Positions 10,922-23,465 of a stretch of DNA of 64,000 nucleotides are shown one piece after another. Source of the stretch: Octopus bimaculoides (taxonomy: Eukaryota). The notes below the pieces were generated by a model. It worked only from the letters and a program-made list of their open reading frames with translations. It was not told the origin of the DNA and did no database searches. The translations under genes and the position numbers were made by a program. The stretch covers positions 8,016,727 through 8,080,726 of the forward strand of contig NC_068995.1 of the NCBI RefSeq assembly GCF_001194135.2. The letters run 5' to 3'. Positions within the stretch are counted from its first letter, which is position 1, and each line of letters starts with the position of its first letter.

Positions 10922-11357
10922 GACGGAGACACACACACACACATATATACATACATATACGAGCACATATATATACACATATACTATCAAACTCAAATAT
11001 GTACGCGAATGTGCGTGTTAACCGGAAATATATATGTATGGTAGACACCTTAACCTCTTTCTACACTTCCTCTCAGTCACAACACACACACACATATTTG
11101 TGTATATATGTATATATATACATACGTACATACACATACACATATATATTTATATATATACACACGCACATATATATATATGTGTGTGTGTATGTTCAGA
11201 CACGTTTGACTGTGCGTGTTTCCGAGTTTGTAGTTATCAACGTACATGTGTATATCATTTCTGTATGAGTGTATGGGTGTGTGATCAAGAACCTACATAC
11301 GAATCTACGTACTTATACACATACAGCAAGGATATATTAACAAATGCTTTCATCACT

Positions 11358-11424
<67 letters not shown>

Positions 11425-12192
11425 ATATATTGGGAGTTACAAATGTAATTTTATGTATCTCACCAATTATCCAGCCTTTCTCTCTATCTATCTATCTATC
11501 TGTCTATGTATTTATTTATCTGTGTATGTGTGTTTATGTGTATGCGTGCGTCAGCATGTATGCGTATCCATGTGTATCTATGTATCTATATATCTTCCAA
11601 TCTATTTCTCATTCACTTCCTCAATATATACTCACAAAGAAACATACTTAAATATCTGTGTATGAATATGTCCAGATGATACAGACATGTGTATAAATTT
11701 ATACATAAAAATACATATGAACCCACACACTAAGTCATACTGAAAGGATACAAGTGTACACATATACGTGCATACACACTCCTATATATACATGTGTCTG
11801 GGTTGGCTTTTTTGTTTCGTGTATTAGACTCTTTATTTCTAATTCAATAATAGAATGAAAAAAAAAAGTGTATCCGTTGATATATATTGTAGAAAATAGC
11901 GGGATACATTTAAGAGTAACAATAATACTTAATCACATATATATATAAAAGAACACGCAACATATACACGCGCGCACAGATAAACACATATACAACCACA
12001 CACAAATATATATGTATACGTACATATATATACATTTATATTCATATACATATGTATAATGTGTGTGTGTGTCAAAAATAAAGGTTTGAGTGTTTGACTG
12101 TGTTATCCTCAGTGATTTCTGGAAACTATCAAACACTGGTATATATATGGTTTAGGACAGATAGTAATAGATTTTAGTATTTATCCACCTTA

Positions 12193-12592
12193 AGGAAGCG
12201 AGCTGGCAGAAACGTTAGCACGCCGGGCGAAATGTTTAGCGGTATTTCGTCTGCCGTTACGTTCTGAGTTCTAATTCCACAGAGGTCGACTTTGCCTTTC
12301 ATCCTTTTGAGGTCGATAAATTAAGTACCAGTTACGCACTGAGGTCGGTGTAATCGACTTAATCCCTTTGTCCGTCCTTGTTTGTCCTCTCTATGTTTAG
12401 CCNNNNNNNNNNCACTGAGGTCGGTGTAATCGACTTAATCCCTTTGTCCGTCCTTGTTTGTCCTCTCTATGTTTAGCCACTTGTGGGCAATAAAGAAATA
12501 AGAATCGTTAGCATGCCGGACGAAATGCTTAGCGTCATTCAGTCCATCTTTACTGTCTGAGTTCGAACCTCTCCGAGGTCGACTTTGCCTCC
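12193..12592 (+). mobile_element. SINE family A head-to-tail dimer
   Basis: Full head AAGGAAGCGAGCTGGCAGAAACGTTAGC, core and tail B, then a second truncated head joined at ...AAATAAGAA|TCGTTAGC (12501-12504). Confidence 0.85.
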
Positions 12593-13839
12593 CAGGTTTA
12601 AACTGTCTCGAAATAATTTCACAGAAAATGGGAGTAAAATTTGCAAGCTTTTATTACTTGCATTTGAAGCTATCTGTAATGGTTTTAATCAGGGTATTAA
12701 TATTACCAGTCTGTTCTGTGCCCGTTTATATGTAAATAAATGTACGAAGCAGCTTGCAAAACATCCACAAGTAAAGCAAAAACGTAGTATTTCTGTAAAG
12801 TGTTACAGTCATTCGAACGAGTGGGTTTATTATACGAGACAATGATTGGCAGGTGAGGTGTAATAAGCCAGGAACAAGATCAGCAATCAAGTATAAATAC
12901 AAGCAGCCCTAAGCGTATAACTAGACATGAAATATTGATCCGCTCTGTCTGTTATATTTAAAAGAAAATTCCCAAAGAGTTTGCAATATATTTAGTAATA
13001 TTAACGCAAAAAAGTATTTCAATATAGTCTCTCGGTCATTCTAATGTGCGGTTTGTTTATCTATCCCAACGATTTGTTAACGAAATATAATACAACCGAA
13101 ACTTGTCCTAAGTTGTCACACATTAATTACTAAATATCAGAGTTAACTCCCTCAATACTTGACCCAATTTCATTTTTAACCTATTTCGAAATTCGACATT
13201 GTCCCGTGTGTCCAGCTTCAAAAGAATTATATTTAACGCTAATGTTGTCTTTCGTTTTCATTAGAAGCTTTATTTTTAACAGATTATTTATTCATTTCCC
13301 ATATACTTATTCGTTAGATTATTTTATACAGTACATGACTGTAGGACCGATTGCTAGAAGCACTTTTCCCTGGGTTTCGATTCGTACATAAATAAAAAAG
13401 GACACAGACATAATCACACGTTTACATGTGTACGAAAATCTGCTGCTCAGAGAGGATTCTGAGTAATTCGAAATAGAACCACTTCGTGTGTGGACGAATA
13501 TATANNNNNNNNNNNNNNNNNNNNNNNNNNNNNNNNNNNNNNNNNNNNNNNNNNNNNNNNNNNNNNNNNNNNNNNNNNNNNNNNNNNNNNNNNNNNNNNN
13601 NNNNNNNNNNNNNNNNNNNNNNNNNNNNNNNNNNNNNNNNNNNNNNNNNNNNNNNNNNNNNNNNNNNNNNNNNNNNNNNNNNNNNNNNNNNNNNNNNNNN
13701 NNNNNNNNNNNNNNNNNNNNNNNNNNNNNNNNNNNNNNNNNNNNNNNNNNNNNNNNNNNNNNNNNNNNNNNNNNNNNNNNNNNNNNNNNNNNNNNNNNNN
13801 NNNNNNNNNNNNNNNNNNNNNNNNNNNNNNNNNNNNNNN

Positions 13840-13886
<47 letters not shown>

Positions 13887-14337
13887 TCTATAACAGAAGC
13901 ATAAGTGAGGCATAGTTCTTTGTAATGGGAATTCACCCTCAATTACCAAAATTACCATACGTTCGATACATTTAGACATCGTATAAGTCTGCAATGATCT
14001 CTTGGCTTTTTACTTTTGGTAGTTTGAAATACTGTACCTTCTCCCAACGGGGCTCAGCTGAAAACACTTAGCGTCCATCTCTAATTTTATCTCTTTCCGC
14101 TTTGCTGATCTTGCTTACAGTTTCTCTCTCTCTCTCTCTCTCTCGCTCGCTCTCTCTTTCGCCCTCTCTCTCTCTGTATTTGATTCTTTCTCCCATTATT
14201 TGTCTTTCTCTACCTATAGATGTGAGCGTGTGCAACTGTGTGAGAGAAGGTGGGTATTTATGTATGTATGTACGTATGTATGTATGAGTGTGTGTGAGTG
14301 TGTGTGTGTGTCTAGATTCAGATTCATAAGTCGACAG

Positions 14338-14388
<51 letters not shown>

Positions 14389-14445
14389 AATATATATATG
14401 CATATATATACATACGACTTATATGCTTATATAAGTGTATTTATA

Positions 14446-14488
<43 letters not shown>

Positions 14489-15323
14489 ATATATAGGATT
14501 ACCTTACATGCATACACGTATTTATATATATGCATAAACATACACTAATACATGTGTGTGCGTGTGTGTGTATGTACATGTATATATATATACATATATA
14601 TATGTATTCGTTTTTATATATATACATAGCGGCGTACGTACGCTTTTGGTCTTCTGTATGTAAATACACACAAACAAAAACACACACACACATATATTCA
14701 CTATATATTATTATATCAACAGGTATTTATGAGAAATATACGATTCCATACGCACACGTATATACAAATATGACACCATCACTAAATATATAGGCATGTG
14801 TTTACATGCATATCTATTAATATACACATATGTATTTATGTATGCACATATGTTAGAGTATGATAAATACTTTTGCGCATACATATCATGTGTATACGTA
14901 TGTATATACGCCCTGACACACACAGATTGATAGATAGATAGATAGATAGACAGATAACAGACAGATAGATAGATAAATAGATAGATAGATAAACAAATAG
15001 ATAGATAAACAAATAGATAGATAGATAGATAACCGATATTTACGTGCCTTATATCTATTACGACTGTCTAATCCTTATTATTATGTATTATCACTCAAAA
15101 TAATTTTCATTGATATCAAATCACTAGAGTAGTTTCCTCTAATTTGTATCTTAATGTTCTGAGCTAACATTTTCATCCAAAATAAATATATAGTCATTAA
15201 TGTAATTTCATCAGAGATATATACAGCCACGCTAATAGACTAATCAAATATCAGGAGCCTCGGGATGCAAGTGTTTCTAAAAATAAATGTGGCTTTATAT
15301 TAAATAAGATAACATAATATTAA

Positions 15324-15545
15324 TATTCTTTTCTACTCTAGGCACAAGGGACGAAATTTGGGGGGGAGGGGGCTAGTCGATAAGATCGACCTCAGTACGA
15401 AACTGGTTACTTAATTTATCGATCATGAAGGGATGAAAAGCAAAGTCGACCTGAGCGGAATTTGAACTCAAAACGTAAAGATAGAAGAAATATCGCTAAG
15501 CATTTCACTCGGCGTGCTAACGTTTCTGCCAGCTCGACGCCTTAA
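15324..15545 (-). mobile_element. SINE family A with tail A
   Basis: Complete head and core; tail reads ...CCCTTGTGCCTAGAGTAGAAAAGAAT in sense. Confidence 0.85.
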
Positions 15546-15549
15546 GGCA

Positions 15550-15700
15550 TATATAGGAGCACTCCGTCAGTTACGACGAGAAGGGCCCCAGTTGATACGA
15601 TCGACGGAACAGCTTGCTCGTGAAATTAACGTGAAAGTGGCGGAGCAATCTACATACACGTGCACCCTTAACGTAATTCTCATGAAGATTCAACGTATTT
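15550..15700 (-). mobile_element. SINE family C/D 3' domain fragment
   Basis: GAACAGCTTGCTCGTGAAATTAACGTG is homologous to 10035-10075. Confidence 0.7.
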
Positions 15701-15803
15701 AACCAGGTGCCTATCTTTATCGAACCCTTTTGCCCAATCTCTAATTTACGGGGGACGTAAACACACTACCACCGGTAAATGGGGTGGAGTACACTGCCAC
15801 AAA

Positions 15804-15866
<63 letters not shown>

Positions 15867-15876
15867 NNNNNNNNNN

Positions 15877-15913
<37 letters not shown>

Positions 15914-16045
15914 CTTCTACGAAATCCACTCATGAGTCTTTGGTCAGTTCGAGGCTATAATAGAAGGCATTTGCCCAAGGTGCAAAACAATGGGAGTGAA
16001 CTCGGAGCCATGTGCTCGGGAAGCAAGCTTCCTACCACAAAGAAC
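15700..16045 (-). mobile_element. SINE family B
   Basis: Reverse complement of the family B body with an internal (CA)/(TA) tract; head ends near AAGCAAGCTTCCTACCACA. Confidence 0.75.
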
Positions 16046-16104
16046 GCTGTGCGAAATATATCATTTTGCTGGGTTGTATCAAATTCAGATGCTGATATGT
16101 TTAT

Positions 16105-16594
16105 TCACCATTTGCGCAGAAAGAGTACAAGGGTAGACACGACAAGGTAGCTCAAAACCTCTGGGACTTTGAATTCCAGACAGAAAGTATTAGAGCACAG
16201 AAGGCCGAACATAATAACCTTTAGGAGGGACAGACAAGAATGCCGAATGATTGACATGGCAGTGCTAGGAGATCAAAAAATCATCATGAAAGAAAGAGAA
16301 AAGGTTGATAAATATGAAAACCTGAGAATTGAGATCGCTAAGATATGGCAGCTGCGATAGTCAAACATAAAGGTTATCCCTTTTGTCATCGGAACATTAG
16401 GTTCAATACAACCCAATCTAAAAAAAAAAACATTTGAAAAACCTTAGAAATACCCTACAATGTAGATGTTTTGCAAAAGTCGGTATTACTTGGAACTGAA
16501 CGAATATTGCGTAAAGTACTGTCTGTTTGGGGTCCCTGTTGTGACAATATATTCAATCAACAACCTCACAATATTGTATACTGTGCGACGTCAC

Positions 16595-16635
<41 letters not shown>
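16105..16635 (+). mobile_element. 3' fragment of an R4/Dong-type non-LTR retrotransposon (restriction-like endonuclease domain) ending in (TAA)n
   Basis: Translation across frameshifts and stops: FAQKEYKGRHDKVAQNL / WDFEFQT / KVLEHRRPNI...MIDMAV...KEREKVDKYENLRIEIAKIW...VIPFVIGTLG...LQKSVLLGTERILRKVL. This is the canonical RLE C-terminus, followed by a short 3' UTR and (AAT)n from 16596. Confidence 0.85.
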
Positions 16636-16714
16636 GTAGTAATAGTTGTAGAAGTAGTAGTAGTTTTATTTAAATTCCAATGGGGATGGCAATAAAATAA
16701 TTCATTACAATAAT

Positions 16715-16745
<31 letters not shown>

Positions 16746-17939
16746 ATGCAACCAACGGTTTAATTATTCTAATATTAAACAACAAATGTTAATGAATCTA
16801 ATATTAATCAGCTAACTAGAAATCTAAATAATTATAATACAGTACTTAATTAAAATTTGAAATAAAGTATTTAATTACAGCAGACTACTTAAAGAAAATA
16901 AACTAATTTATTATTCGAAATAGTTATTAGATATTAGTATCCTTGTTAATTAAAATGAGCATATCCTTGTTAATTAAAACGATGTGATTAATTCGTACAA
17001 ACTGGTTAACAATAAAATAATCATTTACGTTAATGTGTCTAATTGTTGTATGCCAGTCATTTAGCATGAGTTTATTAAGACAAGACAATTAATTAAAATC
17101 AATTATTTAGAGTGACCTAGTTTTAAAAAATTAACTAATTAGTCTAGACTAGCTAATCATAAAAAACTAAATCATTATAATAATTTAGTTAATTAGCATA
17201 ACTTAGTTAATTGCAATAAACTTGTTCATTATAATAAAATATTTAGAATTTAAAAACAAATTAGAATAAAGTCGTTAAATGAAATGAATTGCTATTCTAC
17301 TCTGATTGCATTTATCTACAGTTGGGAGCAAACGTAGGTATACAGTTAGTAACACATGACTGTTTTAATACTTAATCCATTAAATTTATTACCGCATGAA
17401 ATTAACCTCATTTTTGGTATTTTCAGTGCCATTAATCATAATGATACATTTATCATAACTTTAGTAATACTTTTATCGTAAATTAAAATTTTATTTTTGA
17501 AAAAAAAAAAAAAGTATTGTACGGGTTTTTTTCTTTTTTTCATAACTGTATACCAACTTTTGTACCAACCTGTATATACATATAAAAATTACATTTATTC
17601 ATTAATTAATCCCTTTATTAGATAGTGAGTCAATCAATCGTGATTTATGTGATAAAATAGAGTCGATTTCATGAAAACTGTGTTGCATAGATAACAAAGG
17701 CGAAGCTGTTAACAAATATAATGTCTACTGCAATTAATAATCTAAGCAAGAAGTTCAAATTGATATAAGTGAATACTGGCTTTTTGGAACCATACGTTTC
17801 ATCCACACGACTGATCGTTTACTGGTTCTAGTCATTGGACTGCAGCCATGCTGGGGCATTGCCTTAAATGGTTTAACTGAGTAATTTCATGATATTTGTT
17901 TCATTTAAATTTCTAAGTATGGAAATTATTCTATCGGTA

Positions 17940-18335
17940 AGAAGTCTGCTTCCCAACCACATGTGTCCGGGTTCAGTCCCACTGCGTGGCACCTTGGGCA
18001 AGTGCCTTTTACTATAGACGCGGGTCGACCAAAGCCTTCCGAGTGGATTTGGTAGAAAGAAACTGAAAGAAGCACGTAGCATACGCACACACACACACAT
18101 GTATGTAGCTGTGTGTCCATTTATGTGTCTGTTTGTCTCTGAACCCATAGCTTGACAACCGATGCTGCTTTGTTTACGTCCCCACAACTTAGCGGTTCGG
18201 CAAAGAGCGCGATAGAATAGATAGTAAGCTTGCAAAAAATAGGTACTGGGAGGTCGATTTGTTCGACTAAATGCGGTGCTGCAGCATGGCCGCAGTCAGA
18301 TAACTGAAACAAGTAAAACAATAAAAAAGTAAAAG
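17940..18335 (+). mobile_element. SINE family B, near full length
   Basis: CCGGGTTCAGTCCCACTGCGTGGCACCTTGGGCAAGTG (CORE-like), internal microsatellite and 3' end. Confidence 0.85.
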
Positions 18336-19200
18336 AGTAACCCAGCTCCATGTATATGTGTGTGTGTATGTGTGTGTGTATGTGTGTGTGTGTGTGTGTG
18401 TGTGTTTGCATGATTCCGGTGAATCCTGTCAAGACTAGAAATTGCAGTTAATGCAAGTCGTTGGACATTAGAATAATCCAAGACATGTAAATGATTGTTT
18501 CTGGACGAATCTAAAGTAACAATTTCGATTATTAAAAAAACGAAAAATATCGATTTTTTAATACACGAATAAGTCAACTGAGTATTTCATTAGTATTTTG
18601 TTTTCGAAATATTAATTGTCGAAATTGGAAGGTTAATTAAATTGCATGTCAAAATCTAGAGTCAGTGGTATCGACGAAAACCACTTTTAGAAACATTGCT
18701 GGCATTGTGTCAAAAACAGAAAATATGGGTATTAATTGCCGGTTATTTGTAACGGCTTTTATACTGTAAGTTGAAATTCCACCAAAGTCTAATGTATTCC
18801 TCGTCGTTTCGAAGTTTAAGGTATATCACCAAACGATTGTGTGGAGAAATTTCTTCCTATAAACACGCCAATTTTATTGATTGTGCCTCTGCTATATATA
18901 CTTAAGTACAAATTAATACTTATGTTTCATATGTATACAGACATTATTCCCATTTACTAACACACACACTCACTCACATGTGTGTGTGTGTGTATGCATG
19001 TATAGAGAGAGAGAGAGAGAGAGAGAGATAGATAGATACATATATATATTTGTGTGTGTGTGTGTATATGTATATATATATGTATATATGTTTATATATA
19101 TCTATAGATATGCGTATATATGTTTATATATATCTATATATATGCGTATATATATCTATATATATGCGTATATATAAATGTATATCTATACATAACCATA

Positions 19201-19257
<57 letters not shown>

Positions 19258-19915
19258 ACGTAGACACATATAGGCGCGCACAAAACTTACTAGTTACGAA
19301 AGAAACGGCGCATGTAACTTCGCTTGTGAATGCGGCTAGACTTTTTCCCGCTGTCTGTTTGTTTAGGAATAAATCTGTATTCCAGTGATATAACAGAGAA
19401 GTATTAGCATTCATACAATACAATACAGGTACATTTGCATTTCAGTTGGAAATTTCTTTTTAGCAGCAGGCTATAGGGAAATGGTGTCCCTCAGTCTACA
19501 TAAGCACTGACCAAATCTATGTCAAGATTTAGAAAGAAAATATCTATAAATCGGAAGAATTTATTTGGAAAAATTTTGCGATACAGACATGAATGCCAAA
19601 ACTGGTATTGTGAATATATGTCCCGTTCGTACAGCGCATCCGATTGTATCGATGACTGGTTCTAAGTATATATGTATCTATGTGTGTATGTATGTATATA
19701 TATGTATGTGTGCATGTATGTTCGGTTCCATGTAAGTGTGTCACTGCGTGTGTCAGTGAGTGAGTACGATTGGATACATATTCATATTCACGTGTAAAGG
19801 CACACACACACACACTTCCTGGGGTGTATACAGCAAACTATACATAAGTGAATATAATTATTTAAGCTGATCGGATATAGATAGGTGTGCGCGTACGTGT
19901 GATTGTGTGTGTACC

Positions 19916-19954
<39 letters not shown>

Positions 19955-19964
19955 NNNNNNNNNN

Positions 19965-20003
<39 letters not shown>

Positions 20004-20107
20004 CATCGGTAGATAGATTGCTAAATGTATAGAAACGTCTGTAAACATACATGCACACGAAACTAAAATAGCTACACACACAGAGATAGCTACAGATAAA
20101 TACATAA

Positions 20108-21025
20108 CTTCTTTTCTACTCTAGGCACAAGGCCCGAAATTCTGGAGGAGGGGCCATTCGATTAGATCGACCTCAGTACACAACTAGTGCTTAATTTACT
20201 GACTCCGAAGGGATGAAAGGCGAAGTCGACCTCGGCGGGATTTGAACTCAGAACGTAAAGACAGACGAAATACCTATTTATTTACTGCCCACAAGGGGCT
20301 ACACACAGAGGGAACAAACAAGGACAGACAAACCGATTAAGTCGATTATATCGACCCCAGTGCGTAACTGGTACTTATTTAATCGACTCCGAAAGGATGA
20401 AAGGCAAAGTCGACCTCGGCGGAATTTGAACTCAGAACGTAAAGACAGACGAAATACCNNNNNNNNNNNNNNNNNNNNNNNNNNNNNNNNNNNNNNNNNN
20501 NNNNNNNNNNNNNNNNNNNNNNNNNNNNNNNNNNNNNNNNNNNNNNNNNNNNNNNNNNNNNNNNNNNNNNNNNNNNNNNNNNNNNNNNNNNNNNNNNNNN
20601 NNNNNNNNNNNNNNNNNNNNNNNNNNNNNNNNNNNNNNNNNNNNNNNNNNNNNNNNNNNNNNNNNNNNNNNNNNNNNNNNNNNNNNNNNNNNNNNNNNNN
20701 NNNNNNNNNNNNNNNNNNNNNNNNNNNNNNNNNNNNNNNCGAAGTCGACCTCGGCGGGATTTGAACTCAGAACGTAAAGACAGACGAAATACCTATTTAT
20801 TTACTGCCCACAAGGGGCTACACACAGAGGGAACAAACAAGGACAGACAAACCGATTAAGTCGATTATATCGACCCCAGTGCGTAACTGGTACTTAATTT
20901 ATCGACCCCGGAAGGATGAAAGGCAAAGTCGACCTCGGCGGAATATGAACTCTGAACGTAAAGACAGACGAAATACCGCTAAGCATTTCGCCCGGCGAGC
21001 TAACGATTCTGCCAGCTCACCGCCT
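20108..21025 (-). mobile_element. Tandem array of SINE family A with a 184-bp period (interrupted by a gap)
   Basis: The core GTCGAC recurs at 20225/20409 and at 20744/20928. Units are joined at tail AAATAAATA|GGTATTTCG. An intact head is present only at the 21025 end, and tail A only at the 20108 end. Confidence 0.85.
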
Positions 21026-21049
21026 ATCTATCGTTTTCTTCTTTTATTC

Positions 21050-21285
21050 TATTACTTGTTTTAGTCATTAGACTACGGCTAAGCTGGGGCTCTACCTTGA
21101 GCAATTTTTGTCGAACTAATCGAACCAGTACTTATATCAAAGCCTGGTACTTATTCCCTCTCCTTTTACCGAACTGCTAAGTTACAGGATATAAACACAC
21201 CATCACCGGTTATCATTCATTAGTGGGTGACAACCACACACACTGACACACACACACACGACTTGCTTCTTTCAGTTTCCGTCTA
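21050..21285 (-). mobile_element. SINE family B 3' half
   Basis: TTTTAGTCATTAGACT...GCTTCTTTCAGTTTCCGTCTA on the plus strand. Confidence 0.75.
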
Positions 21286-21384
21286 AAAATAAGCCATCAA
21301 TCATTGAAATCTTCAAACTTTGCCCAAGCGTAAAGTCACCTGCTCGTGTAATAAGGGCTGATTTTTGACGGTTTTAGTAGCGTA

Positions 21385-23284
21385 CTAGCAGTGATACCCG
21401 GCCTTTCTCGGGATTAAAATGGTATAGTTTGTTTATATATATTACAGTTATGTTGAAACAGGTGATACGGGAAAGTGCAGCATTGACGGCAAAACATTTG
21501 TAGAGTAAATGATGGTCTAATTCGACTAATCGACATATAATACATCCGTTTGGAGGATTCCATGCCCTAACCTAGCGTGGAAAAGTGAAGTGGGGATGTG
21601 TAATGTTTGAACCCACCGAAACGCTGTCAGTGGATATACTCGCCTTTGAGGCGGTCAGCGCTACGTGTAACACGAGCCATCGTATGGTTAACAGTCAAAT
21701 GAATGGAGGAGTAATGGAGATATTGTACGTAAATGGGTACATTCTGGAAATGGGAGGCGGTGACGGGGAAGTGAACTGTCGAAAGAGGTTGAGGAGGGGC
21801 TGATAGTGCTGTCAATTTTACCATACCGCCTGAGCAGCACATGCCACTAGTTTCATTTGGAAATTTGAAAGCTTTGCAGAAACGACAATTTGAGTGTAGC
21901 ACACCAATTTGTACAGAATTATCGTTTTTATAAGGCTGAGATGGATCATATCTGAAAGTAGCTCTTGGTGTTGTGAAGAACGGTGGTTTCATGGCAAGAA
22001 AGTCGAAAGGTAAGCTCTGCCTCTATGGCAAATTATAATGAAATATAGTCGAAAGGTAAGCTACTATAAATCGGCACGAACTTTCCGGACAACCCAATAC
22101 ATTAATCTCTATTTTGTAAGCAGTTGTATGCATATAGTATGTCCGTATTTTTGTATGCATTTTAAATTAACGAAATATAAGCAAATGAACGAAATAGCAC
22201 ATGTATGGAACTGCTAATTTAACGGTAAATATCACAATAATTATTATTACAGAGAGACGAAGAATTTTATATTTTACCTTGCAACTGCTGCGATAATTAA
22301 CTCCTAATAGAACGGTAAATGTGTATTGTTTGAATGGAAATGAAAATAAAATTTCGTATTGACACTAGCCAGACAGCACTTCGCGCATGCCCCCTTGTGG
22401 GTAATAAAGAAAGTCTTCACGCATGTCTGTTGTCGACTGAGTATACAACACAAGCAACACACAGCAAAGAGAAAGAGACAAAAAGAAAATAACACGTATT
22501 AAATTTTTTTTTCTAAAAACGTTCAATGACGTTAACTGGAGTTTGGGGTTCGAGTAGACGTCATTCCACCATTTCATTTAACATTACCATTCTTTTCATT
22601 CGATTTTATTTTTTCCTTACGTTTATGTTTTGTCTGTCTTTGTGCTGTCTCCTCTGTGTTTCGACCCTGTGTGGTTAATAAAAAAAAATCAAGTCGTCAG
22701 GTATGTATATGTATGTGTAGATGTGTGTGTGCGTTGACACTAGCCAGCCCGCACTTCACGCATGTCAGTCGTCAGGTATGTATATGCATGTGTATATGTC
22801 TGTGCGGGTGTGTTTAATACCGTACCGTATATAGTATGTCTGTATTTTTGCATGCAGTGTATATTAACTATATGTATGTATGCCTGTATATATGTGAGAG
22901 TATAGTTTCACTGTAGTAGATTCAGTATGAAAATGAAACCATTATAGTGAACATATTTGTCATTACAGTATCGAAATGTGATTGTTTCAGTTTTGATACT
23001 GAAATAGTGGAAAAGTTTCATTTTTAAAGTGAAAGCATTTGACATGAATGTTTTTGTTTCACTTTTGACACGTAATACTTAAATAGTGGAGGAGATATTA
23101 TGTTGCTGTGGGCTCGAACTATGCAAGAATAAAAAATTGTTTTTTTGACTAAAACACAACCGGGACCCTGAGTAAGGCATGTGTAAAATTTGAATGAAAT
23201 TGGTTGTGTAGTTCTGGAGTTTTAGGGATTCACACAGACACGCACAGAGACACACAGACATGCGTTCTCATTTTTATGTATAGA
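21385..23284 (-). mobile_element. Non-autonomous Helitron with both termini and an internal Rep/helicase fragment
   Basis: Minus strand: A|TCTATACATAAAAATGAGA (5' TC at 23284); 3' hairpin CCCG-AGAAAGGC-CGGG followed by TATCACTG-CTAG|T (ends 21385). The insertion lies between A and T with no TSD. Confidence 0.85.
21790..21992 (-). pseudogene. Helitron Rep/helicase N-terminal Cys-rich fragment
   Basis: RATFRYDPSQPYKNDNSVQIGVLHSNCRFCKAFKFPNETSGMCCSGGMVKLTALSAPPQPL matches the Helitron motif F.YDP...IG.M...C..C.A.KF..E..G.CC..G.V.L..L..PP.PL. Confidence 0.85.
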
Positions 23285-23324
23285 TATAAAACCCCACCAG
23301 GATTGGACTCCGGTTCGTCCCAGA

Positions 23325-23465
23325 ATTATTCATTTTTGCCAGCTAAGTGGACAGGAGCAACTTGAAATGAAGTGTCTTGCCGAAGAAGACGACGTGTCGC
23401 CCTGTGTAGGAATCGAAACCACAAGCGTACGCTTGATGTGTCCAAGCGCTTTCACTATGAGGTAA
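23325..23465 (-). mobile_element. SINE family D fragment
   Basis: TTTTGCCAGCTAAGTGGACAGGAGCAACTTGAAATGAAGTGTCTTGC...GGAATCGAAACC. Confidence 0.7.

Noticed and set aside
12337-12478. Exact 66-bp duplication on either side of a 10-N gap
   Set aside because: Identical sequence flanking a minimal gap is most likely an unmerged contig overlap, not a real extra SINE unit.
18400-18520. Minus-strand open frame LHVLDYSNVQRLAL resembling an LRR unit, with a good acceptor
   Set aside because: No credible donor before the frame runs into (CA)n, and the LRR consensus match is incomplete.
20221-21000. CRISPR-like regularly spaced repeats
   Set aside because: The units are contiguous SINE copies with no unique spacers, in a eukaryotic context.
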